Origin: the human T2T-CHM13v2.0 reference genome, Homo sapiens
DNA: 64,000 nucleotides
NCBI RefSeq assembly: GCF_009914755.1
Contig: NC_060928.1
Direction: 5' to 3' (one strand)
Part shown: positions 29,564 to 42,470 of the stretch, one piece after another
Layout: the number at the start of each line of letters is the position of its first letter
Position numbering within the stretch: position 1 is the first letter of the stretch
Made by a program: the position numbers and the translations under genes
The notes under the pieces: model-generated
What the model was told of the DNA's origin: nothing
Databases searched by the model: none
The model's input: the letters and a program-made list of their open reading frames with translations, nothing else

Positions 29564-29781
29564 CAGATGTCAGCAAACTATTGCCTACAGTCCAAAATCT
29601 AGGCTATTTTTGCAAATGAAAGTTTTATTAAAACACAGCAACACCCATTCATTTGCATATTAACTAAGACTACTTCCGTGCTACAATACCAGGGTTAAGT
29701 AGCTGCAACATAAAGGCTATGAAATGGAAAGCCGAAAATGTTAACTAACTGGCCACTTACAGAAAATGTTTGCTGAACCTT
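29564..29781 (+). mobile_element. MER58A-like hAT MITE
   Basis: cagatgtcagcaaacta...aaagttttattaaaacacagc...tacagaaaatgtttgctgaacc. Confidence 0.8.
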
Positions 29782-30810
29782 AATTCCTGTTTCTAGTATG
29801 GTTCTTCTCCACTGTTATCGTTGCTGCCCTGTGCCTTGGTGCACAGTAAATTTTGGTTTACTTCATAGATGTAACATGTATTCCCCTGCTGGGAGTGGAG
29901 GAGGTAGATCTTGTCTTTATTGGAAGGACTTGGGAATTTACCTGCTCATCAAATAATCCTCTTTTTCAGCCTTGCCTCTCACCTTTTTCTTGTTAGGCAC
30001 ATGATTCATCTATTCCTATTTTTTTCTAGAATAAAGTAACATAATCACTCTTACTTTTGTATGCCATTGGTCTTATAAGGCACTGTGGTATAATCTTTGT
30101 TTTTCTAATAAGACAACTTTTTATTTCAGTTTTTCTGAGAATGTGCTAACCTTTCTCACTGCTTGATTGATCTTTTCGATGTTTTGTTGTCCTTTCAACA
30201 CTCTCTTTTTTTTTTCTGGGAAGAATATAGATAAAAATTATATTAATTCCATTGTGCTGAATTTAAACTCATCAGTACTATTTTTAATTTTCTACATTTT
30301 AAATATTATTTTTTATTTGTAGTTTAATTAATGTTTAAGCAATTTTCTATGAGCTTTTTAAATTCACTTAAAAATATATATATTCAATACCTGCAAGTAT
30401 GGTGTGTGTGGGTGTGTGTGCTTAATTTGTTAAAGACTAAGAAGCATATGTAAGTTTGCCTTACATTTTTATGAGGTTTTATTTTATAAGTCTCAATGGT
30501 ATGCAATTTGGTGAATAAAAATTCATGACATTTTAAACTGGACTACTCACTTCAACAATAAAAACTGGTTCCTGGGACTCATTTAATGCTTAAAATTTTT
30601 ATTGTGCATAAAAGGAAAATAGTTCTACAGGGCTTTTAATATAATAAGCTCAGGATCATAGTTGTCTCTCCCGTCCTGTTCTGCAGGAGAACGTCTTCTA
30701 ACTTAGTAATTTTTTGATAATTTGATAATTATATTATTACATATTAGTATATCTTATATATATTATTTGTTTGGAGATTTATAATTTATACTTACGTATA
30801 TTTATCCATT

Positions 30811-30946
30811 TTGGTAGGCTTAATAATCACCATTCAAATAGGTCTCTGCCTAAATCCCCTGAATCTGTTATGTTTACATACATGTCAAAGGGGACACTGC
30901 AAATGTGATTAAGGGTAAGGAGCTTGATATAGGGCGATTATCCTGA
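30811..30946 (+). mobile_element. MLT1D-like LTR 5' fragment
   Basis: tggtaggcttaataat...tgcaaatgtgattaagg...gattatcctg. Confidence 0.6.
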
Positions 30947-30949
30947 GAC

Positions 30950-31596
30950 CTTAAAACAATAAAATGTTGAGAAGAAAGAAGAATAATATAGTGAGACCTT
31001 TTATGTAGGAAAACATTGCTTAACCTGAATATATTTTAAAGATCACTAAATAGAAATTTGCATTTCTCAAAAACTTAATAGAGTGAAGAGTAAAGTCAGT
31101 GCATGAAAGAAGATATTTACAATACATATAATCAGTAAAGGGCCCAAAGTTGGAGTATTTAAAGTAGTCTTAGAAATCAATGAGAAAAAGGAAGAAAATA
31201 TAAAAATGGAAAAACTTGTTCAATCACTATATACACTTAAATATAAAAATATCAATGTGCTTTATTACTCAAAGTAATAAATGCTACAATGTAATACTGC
31301 TGTACACCTGCCAGACTGGCTAAAAAGAGAAAAATAGACACTAAAAGGTAGGAGCCTGCATGGGGAGCTGAAACTCTGATCTCCCCTGGAGATTGTGAAA
31401 ATTCGTAACATCAGTTTAGAAAACTATGTAGAGGTACCAAAGCTAAATAAATGCTTTTTCTGAGTTAGCAATTTCAATAGGAGAAATGTACTTAAAAATA
31501 AGTGCAGATATCCAGTAAAAAATTCTGCTTTAGAATATTCATAACAACACAATTTATAATGGCTGAAATCTGAAGCCTACCTGAATGTTTGTCAAC

Positions 31597-31642
<46 letters not shown>

Positions 31643-32050
31643 ATTTTAGATACAATCAGGCAGCGGGAAGGCTATAGAGCAACACAGATGAGTGGATTAC
31701 AACTACTAGCAACAACTTAGATTGATCTCACAAAATGATATTAAGGAAAAGAAGCCAGACAAAAATAGTTTTTTGTATGTTTTCATTGCTGTATGTTTAT
31801 AAACATGCATCAGCAGTCAAAATTTGATTTCAGAAGCCAGCAAATCAATTACATTTGATTGGAGTAATGAACAGAAAGAAAAAGCTTAGGGCTCCTGGAC
31901 TGCTAGTAAGTGAGGTTCTGTATCTAGATCTATGCATTGGTTATGCAGGTGTTTTCAGTTTCTGACAATTTACCAAACTGTATAAGAGCTGTGCACTTAG
32001 CTATTTGCATAGTATACTTCCATAAGAAGCTTGCTAAAAGAAAAAATTTT
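30950..32050 (+). mobile_element. Old L1M (ORF2 end and 3'UTR) with (TAAA)n at 31600-31643
   Basis: agaagatatttacaatacatata, aaaagaagccagacaaaa, L1M-type 3'UTR. Confidence 0.7.
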
Positions 32051-32787
32051 TAAAAAGCTTCCTTTTTCCCCCTAAAAAATTTACTGGCCCAGGAGTTTCA
32101 GTAGTGAGTTGTACCTAGCATTTAATGATTTAAAAAAATAAATGAATGAAGAAATTCCACCATATTTATTCCCCCCAAAATTAAATCTCAATCCTACAAT
32201 CACGGGTTTATTAAGCCCTTAATTTGTGATTTGCATGATTATGTACTGTGAAGGTGAATGCAAAATAGAACTTAAGTATTAATATATCTCACCCTTTCTC
32301 TAATGTCATCTTTCCTACCCTTAGAAGATAGGCAGGAAACCACACCTGGAAACCAAAAAGAGAAACCCATAAAAATACTCCCTACAACTTCAGAGCAAAA
32401 ATCCCCAAATATAGAAATAGAAATTTGTAAATATGTTTATTGTTAACTAAAAAGATCAAGAAATAAAAAGTTTGGGCATGAAACGCGGTTCCACTTGTGA
32501 TATATACCAAACAAAAAAAATTTGTCATTTACTTTGTTAAATAATTATGCATTGTATAAAACTTACTGATAAGCCATTTTCTTTCCAATAGAGCTCTAGG
32601 GCATGAAACTTCTGATTGGGTAAAATTTTAGTAGTGTTGCCATTTGTCATCATTTAAGGTCTTGCTAGACATTCTTCATATAAATATAAATGATGAAAAC
32701 TCCCACTCTTCCATGAAGCTTATGATTTTCCAGTTCAATTTCTCTCAAGTTGTAGAAAATTTTGTGATCATATCACAGAATAATGTC

Positions 32788-33225
32788 TGTGTTAGTTTTC
32801 TATTGTTGGTGTAGCAAATTGTCATCTATTTAGTGAAGTAAAATGACACAAATTTATTATTTTACATTTCTGGAGGTCAGATGTCTGAAATGAGTATCAC
32901 TAAGCTAAAATCAAGGTGTGGGCAGGGCTGTGTTCCTTTCTGGAGGCTATAGTGGAAAATCAGGTTTATCGCCTTTTTAGGCTTCTACAGGCTGCTCTCT
33001 TGGCCTTCTGTCTCAATCTTTTACTTATAAGGACCCTTGTAATTACACTGGGCCAATGTGAGTAATCCAGGTTAATTTCCCCATCTCAAAATTATCTTAT
33101 TAGACACCTTACTTTCCTCTACAACCTTAATTCCTCCTTGCCATGTATTAATAACAGAATGCATTCACAGGTTTCTGGGATTAAGATTTAGACATTTTAG
33201 AGAAGCCATTATTCTGCTTACCATA
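32788..33225 (-). mobile_element. MaLR solo LTR, MLT1D-like
   Basis: tgtgttagttttctattg...gctaaaatcaaggtg...gccattattctgcttaccata. Confidence 0.8.
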
Positions 33226-33525
33226 ACTTCCAATAAAATTTACTTTATGATAACATAGCAATTGTTATGTGTACTTTTTAGTACTGAAAAATACACAGAA
33301 TAACCTATGTCAATGCTGTCTAAATTCAGGCATAATCATGGCAATAATTATGCTCCTTTGCAAAACAAAGTTGATGTTCTATTTCTGATATAGACATTGA
33401 ATAATTTATATTTTTTATTGGAAGAAGGATTTAAAGAAAGTTAGCCCATCTTAAATAAATGAGGACAAATTCAAATATTAATGGAAATAAAAACATACAA
33501 TTCATATACTTATATTCTAATGGTT

Positions 33526-34587
33526 TATGAAAGAAATTGGATAGTCTGGATATGTAGGGGCTTTTAAAAGTTGTTAGGCTCTGAGGAAGGTTCACTTTGG
33601 AGACTAAATCACAGAGCACAACCTCTAAATTACTGACCTTTTGCTATAAATTCACTTCCTTCTTTATTTTCTTGTACCAGAGTCAGATTAGATGACACTG
33701 TATTAGGACTCTTGAGAAGGACAGAACTAAGAGGATATATGTGTATACGAAAGGGAGTTTATTAAGGAGAATTGACTCACATGATCACGAAGTAAAGTCC
33801 CATGATAGACCATCTGCATGTTGAGGAGCAAGGAAGCCGGTAGTGGATCAGTCTGAGTCCATACCTCAAAAGTAGGGAAGCTGACAGTGCAGCCTTCAGC
33901 CGTGGCTGAAGGCTTGAGAGCCCCTGGCAAACCAGTGGTGTTAGTCCAAGAGTCCAAAAGCTGAAGAACTTGCAGTCTGATATTCGAGGGCAGGAAGCAC
34001 CCAGCATGGGAGAAAGGTGAGGGCTGGAAGACTCAGCAAGTCACCCTCTCCCACTTTCTTCTGCCTGTTTTGTTCTAGCCATGCTGGCAAATGATTGGAT
34101 GGCGCCCACCCAGATAGAGGGTGGGTCTGTCTCTCCCAGTCTACTCACTCAAATGTTAATCTCCTTTGGCAATGCCCTCGAAGACATACCCAGGAACAAT
34201 ACTTTGCATCCTTCAATCCAATGAAGGTGACACTCAATATTAACCATCATTGGACCTAAGATAAAAGATCTCTTGACTGAGATTAAAAAAAAGAAAAAAG
34301 CCTTGATTATTATATCTTTAATGTGAAATGTTAAATGTGCCCTTCCCAAGAGAGACATCTATAACAAATCAAAATGCTGTAACTATGCACTAATCTTCTT
34401 TGGAAAATGTTGAAATCCTGTTAAGCTTTCCCAGACCTTGCCAAAATAAATGACCCTGAAACCATTACGGAGCACTGGGCCCATGTTTTTGGAGTCTGTG
34501 TCCTTCCAGGTGGCCATTCTCAAACTTTGCACTTGAATCAACATAATATTTAATCATATTGCCTGAATCTCATTATTAAGGTTAACA
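33526..34587 (+). repeat. 5' LTR of provirus A (split by MLT2A)
   Basis: tatgaaag...ggatagtctg start and ...aaggttaaca end align with 42020-42470. Confidence 0.88.
33699..34251 (-). mobile_element. MLT2A (HERV-L) solo LTR inserted in the 5' LTR of provirus A
   Basis: tgtattagg...ctcaatattaaccatca; homologous to the copy at 28599. Confidence 0.9.
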
Positions 34588-34590
34588 TTT

Positions 34591-34608
34591 TGGTGACCCA
34601 GATAAGAC
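34591..34608 (+). promoter_or_regulatory. Primer-binding site, tRNA-Arg(CCG)-like
   Basis: tggtgacccagataagac vs TGGCGACCCAGATGGGAC (15/18, tRNA recalled), 3 nt after the LTR. Confidence 0.75.
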
Positions 34609-35157
34609 CTCAAGTAAACCTCCAGTGATCCTTGTCACTGACAACAGATAGTGCCTTGCAATCAGTAAAAACAACTTTTGTTCTTCCACCCCCAGCATAG
34701 TTAGCAGGGATCCCTGGTGAGGCCTCTCTTGGGTTTGAATCCTCCCAGCTTGCTTAAGGATTCAGACTTTATTCAAGCTATACATTCCTAACTTAACAGG
34801 ACTGAAATTAAAGCTCTGATGCAAGGTAGGAGTTTCATTTGTTATTCTTTAGATTTAGAATATTCTCTAAGTTCTTCTAGTGGGAGTGTTGAAGTTAATT
34901 GCTCATGACAAGTAATGGTCTCACTGGGGATCCCATAAGAAGAACGTAAAGGGAATTTCACTTAATCTAGTAGGCACTCATAAATGATTGATCACCTAGA
35001 ACCTTAAGCACCCAAGTTTCTTGGAGTCACTGAGAATGTAAAAGGGAAGAAGTAACTCAAGGGTAACACCTGGATAAATCATTCCCACAAGAAGCACACT
35101 TGATTCAAAAGGCTCTCCCTACGTCTTTTGGTCCTTCAGGAAGGGAAGCTCTAAGTT

Positions 35158-36472
35158 ATGGGCAACTGTGCATGTAAAACCACACCTTCCACCTTAAAGA
35201 CAGACCCACCTTTAGGAACCCCAACTGGGTTTCTGTTTAACACCTATGGTGTCTCTTCATGAAAATATTTTAAAAATTGGTCATATGTAACTTGCGAGGA
35301 CCCCAGATTACAGTGGCCAAAATGAGTTTCATTTGAAATGCCTAGTTTAGACATGCTCAATTAGAAAAAAAAAAAAAAAGGCTCTAAAATAAAATAGAGC
35401 AATTGGGAAAGTTATCTTCAACAGCATTTGAAAGCTTCCAAAAGAGTTTCTGTTAAAGCTTTTTCTTCACAGGAAGAAAACAAAAAAAAATTGTCTTGAA
35501 CAATTTCTGATTTGAAAAAGACTGCTGAAGTCCTCCTCCACCATTCTTAGCTCCTTCTTTATCCCTTATTATCTGAACTACCTTGTGCAGATCTACCTTC
35601 TCCTCATCCTACTCCTGCTGCTCTGGCTCCATTTCACAAACATCTGGTGTCCGGTAGAGGAGGACTTGCCTTGCTTTCTCAATGATGGTCAAAGATAGAG
35701 CTTAAAAGGCACAATTAAGACTTCCCTGACCCTCATCAGGACAGTACTCATTATTGCACAAAATACGAACTGAATATTTGAGTTTGTGATACTGTTTTTT
35801 TCTGATTTATATCAACTAGTTCACATGTTAGTTTCAGAAAGTAAAGCTACAGATTGACTAGGTATGGTGGATTGGACCAACCTCTTGGAAAACTTTCAGA
35901 TACTGATGACAGACATGCCTATGATGTTGCTAAAGCTTTACTTGATACCATCCTTTTAGTCTTTCAAAAAATAGTTGATGAAATAAAATACAATAATGTT
36001 GACAAAATACAGGTGAGTCAGTGATTCCATATTTTGAGATTTGAAGAAAATCTTTAAACAATAGTCAGGTAAGAGAGTTATACTAATCATCAAAATGATA
36101 CTCTCCCCAATTCCAATTTCATAAATGGTTAGATGAAGAATTAACACCAGTAATAAAAAGACAACACTCTAGTTGGAATGTGTCTCAAACTCATGATTTG
36201 GTGAATTTTGCCCATCCATTGTCTCATACCTTAACTAAAGAAGAAAGAAAGGAGAAGTGAAACAAAGAATAGGGCTAACAAAGTTATAAGTTAACAGTTA
36301 AAACAACTATATACCCAATCCAGGCTTCCAGAATGCACCTACAAACCTCACAATGGACCTAACCCTTTGCTTTGCAGTTATTGCAGGAAACCTGATCACT
36401 TTAAAAAGGATTGCAGAAAACTAAAGTGTGAGGAATAGCACCAGATGAAGAAAAAAATAAAAGGAAGAATAG
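35158..36472 (+). pseudogene. gag: ERV gag remnant
   Basis: MGNCACK...PPLGTP...LQWPK matrix start; LYPLL late-domain-like motif; intact zinc knuckle CSYCRKPDHFKKDC at 36373-36414; many stops and frameshifts. Confidence 0.88.
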
Positions 36473-39400
36473 GGATTCTCCAAGGAACTTGAAGTGATCT
36501 TTTCTTTGTCTCCTACTGACACTCTGGGAAAATAGAAATTATTTTAAATGAAGAACTCATACAAACACTTGTTCATATTGGAGCTACATTATCTGTAATA
36601 AATCCCACCTTATTACAAGGCCCTATTTCTTGGTGTAAACAAACAGTTCAAGTGGCGAGTGTCACTAATACTCCTGTATCGGTGCATAAATCTCAGCCTG
36701 TGGCTTTTCAAATAGGTAACTTACAAGAGACTCATGTTTTCCTCTTAGTTCCAACAGTCCCCATCCATGTGATAGGGACTTTTAGAATTATCCGATACCC
36801 ACATTTTCTTTTCCCAAAAGGGGAAATGTATTTAGAATTAGAACACAGAAAAAAATTAAAAATATTAGACACCAAACATTTAAAACTGGACCCTTCTAAG
36901 TTACAAATTGCCCTTCATGTTTCCAGAAAGGTTACTGAATTATTAAGTAATGAAGAATTACAGAAGCTGCTAAAAGCAGTACTTAATCAATTATGGTCAA
37001 AGTCCTCCACTTATATTGAAAAAATTATCTTGGCTGCTCCAATTAAAATCCAAATACACTGATCAAAGCTTCTTCTGAACCTTAAGCAATACCACCTAAG
37101 ATCTAAGGCCTTGGAATAAATAACACATATCATTTTAGATTATATAAACAGAGACTGACTTATTCCCTGCACAAGTCCATGTAATACTCCAATTCTACCC
37201 GTGAGAAAGCAAAACAATAGAGGGTAGAGGTTTGTATAGGATCTAAGAACAATTAACAATATAGTCATTCCTTGCAATTCAGTAGTGCCAAACCCCGACA
37301 CATTGTTGGCTGCCATCCCGACTGAAGGTGAATTCTTTACTATTACAGATTTATATGATGTGTTCTTTAGCATTTCTGTTGATAAAAACAGTCAGTTCCT
37401 CTTTTCCTTCACTTGGAAAGACAGACAATAAATACGAATGGTCACGCCTTGGGGATACACGAAGAGCCCAACTTATTTCTTACAAGTATTGAAAAAAGAC
37501 TTCTTGAATGTTGACTTTTAAAAAAATCCACTTTAATACAATATATGGATGATTTACTTTTCTGTTCAGAAGATAAGCAAGCCTCTATAAGAGATGGGAT
37601 TCACTTGTTACAACATTTGACTTTAAAGGGATACAAGGTCTCAAAGGAAAAACTTTAGTTTTAAATTTAGGTCACCCAATATCAAATAAAGACCTTTTCA
37701 TTAATGTAGATAGAAGAAACATTAATGAAACTTTCCTGTTCCAAAACTAAGAAACAACTAAGAGGATTTCTGGGGCTGGCAAAATAATAAAGAAATTGGA
37801 TTCCATTAAAAAAAAACTCAGACTATATATATTCTTTTAAAATAAGACAAGCCAGGGCCTCTGGAATGGACAGAGGAAAATCAGTTAACACTAGAAGCAA
37901 TTAAAAAGGATTTTATAGATGCCCTGGCCTTAGGACATTCAAATTATAATATTGTTTACATTTTTTTAATACCCGAGGTATTCTGATTCTAAAACTTGGG
38001 GATCATAATAGATCTACAGGATACTATAGTCTGCAGTTGGATCCAGTGGCTGGAGGACTATCATCTTTCATGAGAGTGATAAAAGCAACTGCCCTGCTAG
38101 TAAAGCAACCAAATAAATAGTGATGGAAACTCCCCTCACTGTCTTTGTTCCACATTCTATAGAAGTACTTCTAAGTTCATACCACACTCAGCATTATTCA
38201 GTTAGCAGGCTGCCCTCTTATGAAGTCTGACTGCTTTCTGCACCTCATATTATAAACTCTGAGTGTGATCATCTAAATCCTGCTACTATTCTGCCCCTAC
38301 CTTAAGATGAAAAACCACATGATTGTGTAACCTGAGCTTATCAATTCCTGTGTCTTAAGATAGACCTAAGCAAAACTCCCCTTACTAGCACTAATGTTTG
38401 ATTTACAGATGGATTGTCCTTAAAAGATGAATTTGGAATCTGTCATGTAGTTTATGCTATAGTGTTCTTAGCTGAAGAAATAGAAAGTGCTTATCTTCCA
38501 GAAGCAACATTGGCTCAACAAGCAAAATTGATAGTATTAATTAGAGCTTGTCAGCTGGAAAAAGGAATAACTGCTAATATTCATACAGACAACAGATATG
38601 CCTTTGGAGTCTTGTGACTTTGGAATGCTATGGAAACAAATAGTGTTCTTAACCTCTTCTGGTCAGTTCATAAGAAATAGACACCTTATTTCACAATTAT
38701 TAGAAGCCATATTATAACCAAAATCCCAGATCATTACAAATCAGATACTCCGGAAAGAAAAGAAAACAAAAAACAGAACAACCAGCTGATTAGCAAAGAA
38801 GTTTGCTCTAAATATATCTAGGCAAGAAAAACAATCTATATTAACTTTTAAAGAAACCCCTAACTTGACATAAAATTAGCTCAGTTTGGAGCTCTAAAAG
38901 CAGAACAAGAAAATTAGAAAACAAAAGGGGGAACATATTCCCTTAAGGATAACATAAGGAATGGGCTATGTGACTTGCCTATACTTTGTACTGAATTACA
39001 GTCATTATTTTTTACTTATGTATATGATTTAACTCATGAGAGTCCTGATAAAACGGTTGCTTGTGGAAATCAGTATCATTGGAAACTTTCTCTTAATACC
39101 ACCATAAGATACACAGTCACTGCCATATCTTCTCAAAATATCATCAAGGGAGAACTTTACATAGTTCTCAAGAACACTTTCCTTCACCTGAAGCCCCCTC
39201 AAGGTATGGCAATTAGATTTTATCAAGCTACCCCCGTCATGAGGATTCAGGTATGTTCTAGTGATGATCTGTATGTTTCCTCATTGGGCAGAAACATTTT
39301 TTATACAGAATATTATATAGCCTTAGTGGTAAGTGATATTCTCCTGGAAAAAAAAATTATTCTGACTTACGGAGTCCCTCTAGAACTTCCTAGTGACAGA

Positions 39401-40040
39401 GATATTTACTTCACCAGACATGTTATCCAGTCAATATGTAAGATGTGGCCAATTCTTCAACATTTTCATTGTTCATATCACCCTCAATCATCTGGGTTAG
39501 TAGAATGCACAAATGAAATAACTAAAACTGAATTCACAAAATAAACTAAGGCTTTTAAAATTTTGTGGTCAAAAGCTCTTTCATTGGTTTTGCTGAACCT
39601 CAGAAATGAGGTATCTCCAACTAAGGTAATAACAGGTAGACATTTGAAACTATCACCAGGAAACTATGAATCCATAATGCAAAAAAGAAACATATTACAT
39701 TACTGTAATGGATTTATAAAACAACTAACTAAAAATTACAATTTGGTTGAAAAATATATATTTTATGGTAAATCCTGGGAACCAAAAAAAGGTAAAACCC
39801 ACAGACTTCAGCCAGAAGATTTTGCCTACTGGAAAGGATATCTTCTAAAGGAGTCTCCTCAACCAAAATAGAAAGGTCCCTAAGAGGTACTTTAAGAATA
39901 ATTGTGCTGCAAGGCTAGAAGGCATAAACTCATGGATTCACACTTCTCATCGAAAGAAGGCTGAGCCTCCTGAATGAACTGACTTACTGGAAGATGATCT
40001 TTGACTTAAGTCAACACAAGGCCAAGAAAAAGACAACTAA
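36473..40040 (+). pseudogene. pol: ERV pro-pol remnant (protease, RT, RNase H, integrase)
   Basis: LVHIGATLS (degenerate DTG) at 36568; PCNTPILPVRK; DLRTIN; YMDD at 37542-37553; FTDG and NIHTDNRYAFG; WQLDF, SDR..FT, HPQSSGLVE; SWIHTSH near 39930. Confidence 0.93.
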
Positions 40041-40180
40041 GGTAGATAGTTCTTCCATGATACCAGTCCAGGCCTGTGTCTGGTAAATAATGCTTATACT
40101 TATCTACTAGTGACTATTATAATCATTGTTTTAGAAATCTTGTTAATTGTTATTATTTTGTATGATATAGAAAATTTCTT

Positions 40181-40459
40181 CCCCAGCTCTTTGGGAGGCT
40201 GAGGCAGGTGGATCACTTGAGCTCAAGAGTTGGAGACCAGCCTGGGCAACATGGCAAAACCCCATCTCTATAAGAATACAAAAATTAGCCAGGCATGGTG
40301 GCACATGCCTGTAGTCCCAGCTACTCCAGAGGCTGAAGTGGAATGGTTATTTGACCCCAGGAGACAGAGGTTGCAGTGAGCCAAGATGGTGCCACTTTAC
40401 TCCAACCTGGGCAATAGAAAAAGACTCTGTCTCAAAAAAAAAAAAAAAAGAAAAAAAAA
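40181..40459 (+). mobile_element. 5'-truncated AluJ between pol and env
   Basis: gatcacttgagctcaagagttggagaccagcctgggcaacatgg; TSD aaaatttcttccc/aaaaattattccc. Confidence 0.9.
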
Positions 40460-40487
40460 TTATTCCCTTGCCCATTCTAGTCTGTTG

Positions 40488-41809
40488 ATACAATTTTTGT
40501 TTTACAACTTTAGTAGGTAGTTCTTATGGTTGTTCCTTTGTCTCAATGTGTAGAATGATATGATGACACTTTGATTAAACTATTCCAAAGGACTGCTACT
40601 GCAGGAAACTTATCTGATGGTTGGATCTGTCACTTGATTCCTAGATTTGTTCATGACCAATATATGTCATTTGTAATACCTGTCACTAATTTTTCAGATG
40701 TTCCTAATGTCATTACCTATTCAGACTAATCTCCCTTCAAGCTGACTTTTCAAGTCCAAATTATTCATGAAACTAATGAATGCTTCTATATGTTGACTAA
40801 AATTATCTGCTATCAAATCTACTCAGAAGGAATTTGGCCCTGGCCTTCTTCATTCTATTCCTTATTGAATTAAGAAATGGATTGCTGAAAACAATGAATC
40901 TATGCTTTGTCAACTTATTCCTCTCATTTCATGTAATGTGAGCAGGTTCTTGCAAATATGCAAAAAAGGAAATCTCTGGATGGACATAATGCTCTCTAGC
41001 CATCTTGTTAGTGAGGCCATTAATGAACATACCCTCAGAGGAATTTTTTGTGCTCTCCCAAGTTATGTATTTGCATGTGATATCAAGATTGATTGGCTAC
41101 TCAAGGTTGGGCAGGCAACGTTGCTGCCTCTATAGCTGGTAAATAGCTTATGCTTTTTAGGGCATTTTGTAACTCCCTCATACTTACATAAAAATATAAA
41201 ATAACTGCTTTTCTCTCTCCATTACAGAGCTAAATAAAAGGACTATGTTAGAAGGATATGATGATAACTTAGGTAAAAACATTTTTGATATACTGATCCT
41301 AAGTGCTGGAATTTATATCACTAGAGATATGATTCAAAACCTATCAGGCACTATTGGTCGGACGGTTGAAGACACTGCAAAAGGCATTGCAGCTCAACAA
41401 AAATCTTTGAACTCCTTAGCTTAGGTGTTACTAGATAACAGATTTGCCTGAGACTACTGGCAGAAAAGGAAGAGTCTGTGTAATAGCACACACCACTTGT
41501 TGTGCCTATACTAACACCTCTGGAGAAGTAGAGACTTGATTAGAAAGAATAACCCAAAAGGCTAAACTGTTACAAGACATAAGAGAAACTGATCCTTTGA
41601 ATGATTTGCCTAGTTGGCTACCCTTGGGGATGCTTTCTTAATTTTGTTCTCCTCCTCAAGTAGTTATTATCATAATCATAAACATAGTTGTCATTTTTAC
41701 AGTTATCAAATTACTTACGACTTGTGTTTCACCTTGCCTACAATTAGCAACTAAAATTGGGATAATGATTGATTAGAAAGTTGCCTTAATTGAAAATATG
41801 GTCATGTGA
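40488..41809 (+). pseudogene. env: ERV env remnant, gamma-type
   Basis: Signal-peptide relic then DDTLIKLFQRTATAGNLSDGWICH (CWIC mutated, 40619-40630); FCALPSYVFAC; furin RAK(taaa)R at 41226-41241; ISD LDNRFA*DY at 41431; CVIAHTTCC at 41477-41503; hydrophobic anchor. Confidence 0.9.
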
Positions 41810-42007
41810 CCTGAACTGCACCCCATAAGTTACTTTGCTCCTGATGCCTTATAATCCAGCCTTACCCCTTTTCCATTTTATAAATTAAACAATTCCTCCC
41901 TCCCTAGGACATGACTCTCTAAGAATAAGTCTTCTTAGCAATGTGAGATTTAATTACTCTCTAATAAAATATTGCTTCTGTGATGCTCTATTCAAAAGAT
42001 CTTGAAG

Positions 42008-42019
42008 AAAAGGGGAAAT
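42008..42019 (+). promoter_or_regulatory. Polypurine tract of provirus A
   Basis: aaaaggggaaat immediately before the TG of the 3' LTR. Confidence 0.8.
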
Positions 42020-42470
42020 TGTGAAAAATAAAAAAGGATAGTCTGTTTACTCTGGTTGACTTTGAGACCAAGTCATGGAGCACTGCTTCTTAATTACTGA
42101 CCTAACGGTATACATTCATTTGCTTCTTCATTTTCTTGTACCTGGATCACAGATGATAACCTTGACTAACATAAAATACCCTTTTTACTATTATATTCTT
42201 ATTAGGGAATGTTAAATGCACTTCTCAAAGGAAACATTACGAATAACCAATCAAAATGCTGTACCAATGCATGGATCATCTTTGAAATATGTTGAAATCC
42301 TGTTAAGCTTCCCCAAACCTTGCTTATATAAGTGACCCTCAAATTTCACTATGGAGCATTGAGCCCATGTTTTAGAGTCTGTGTCTTTCCAGGTGGCCAT
42401 TCACAAATTTTGCACTTGAATAAACACAATGTTTAATCGCATTGCCTGAAACTCGTTAGTGAGGTTGACA
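42020..42470 (+). repeat. 3' LTR of provirus A
   Basis: TG...CA termini; CCAAT 42247, TATATAA 42325, AATAAA 42419. Confidence 0.9.

Larger units (their letters stand above)
33526..42470 (+). mobile_element. Provirus A: structurally complete, degenerate class I ERV (ERV1; MER89/MER90/MER34-like LTRs, HEPSI-type, exact family uncertain)
   Basis: Paired LTRs, 4-bp TSD GGTT (33522-33525, 42471-42474), PBS, gag/pro/pol/env motifs in order, PPT. Confidence 0.93.

Noticed and set aside
36652-37062. 136-aa ORF
   Set aside because: Protease C-half to RT boundary fragment lacking the active site; part of the pol pseudogene
38975-39544. Longest ORF (189 aa), integrase-like
   Set aside because: Compensating frameshifts: the WQLDF motif is in another frame and the surrounding pol is full of stops, so it is not a functional gene
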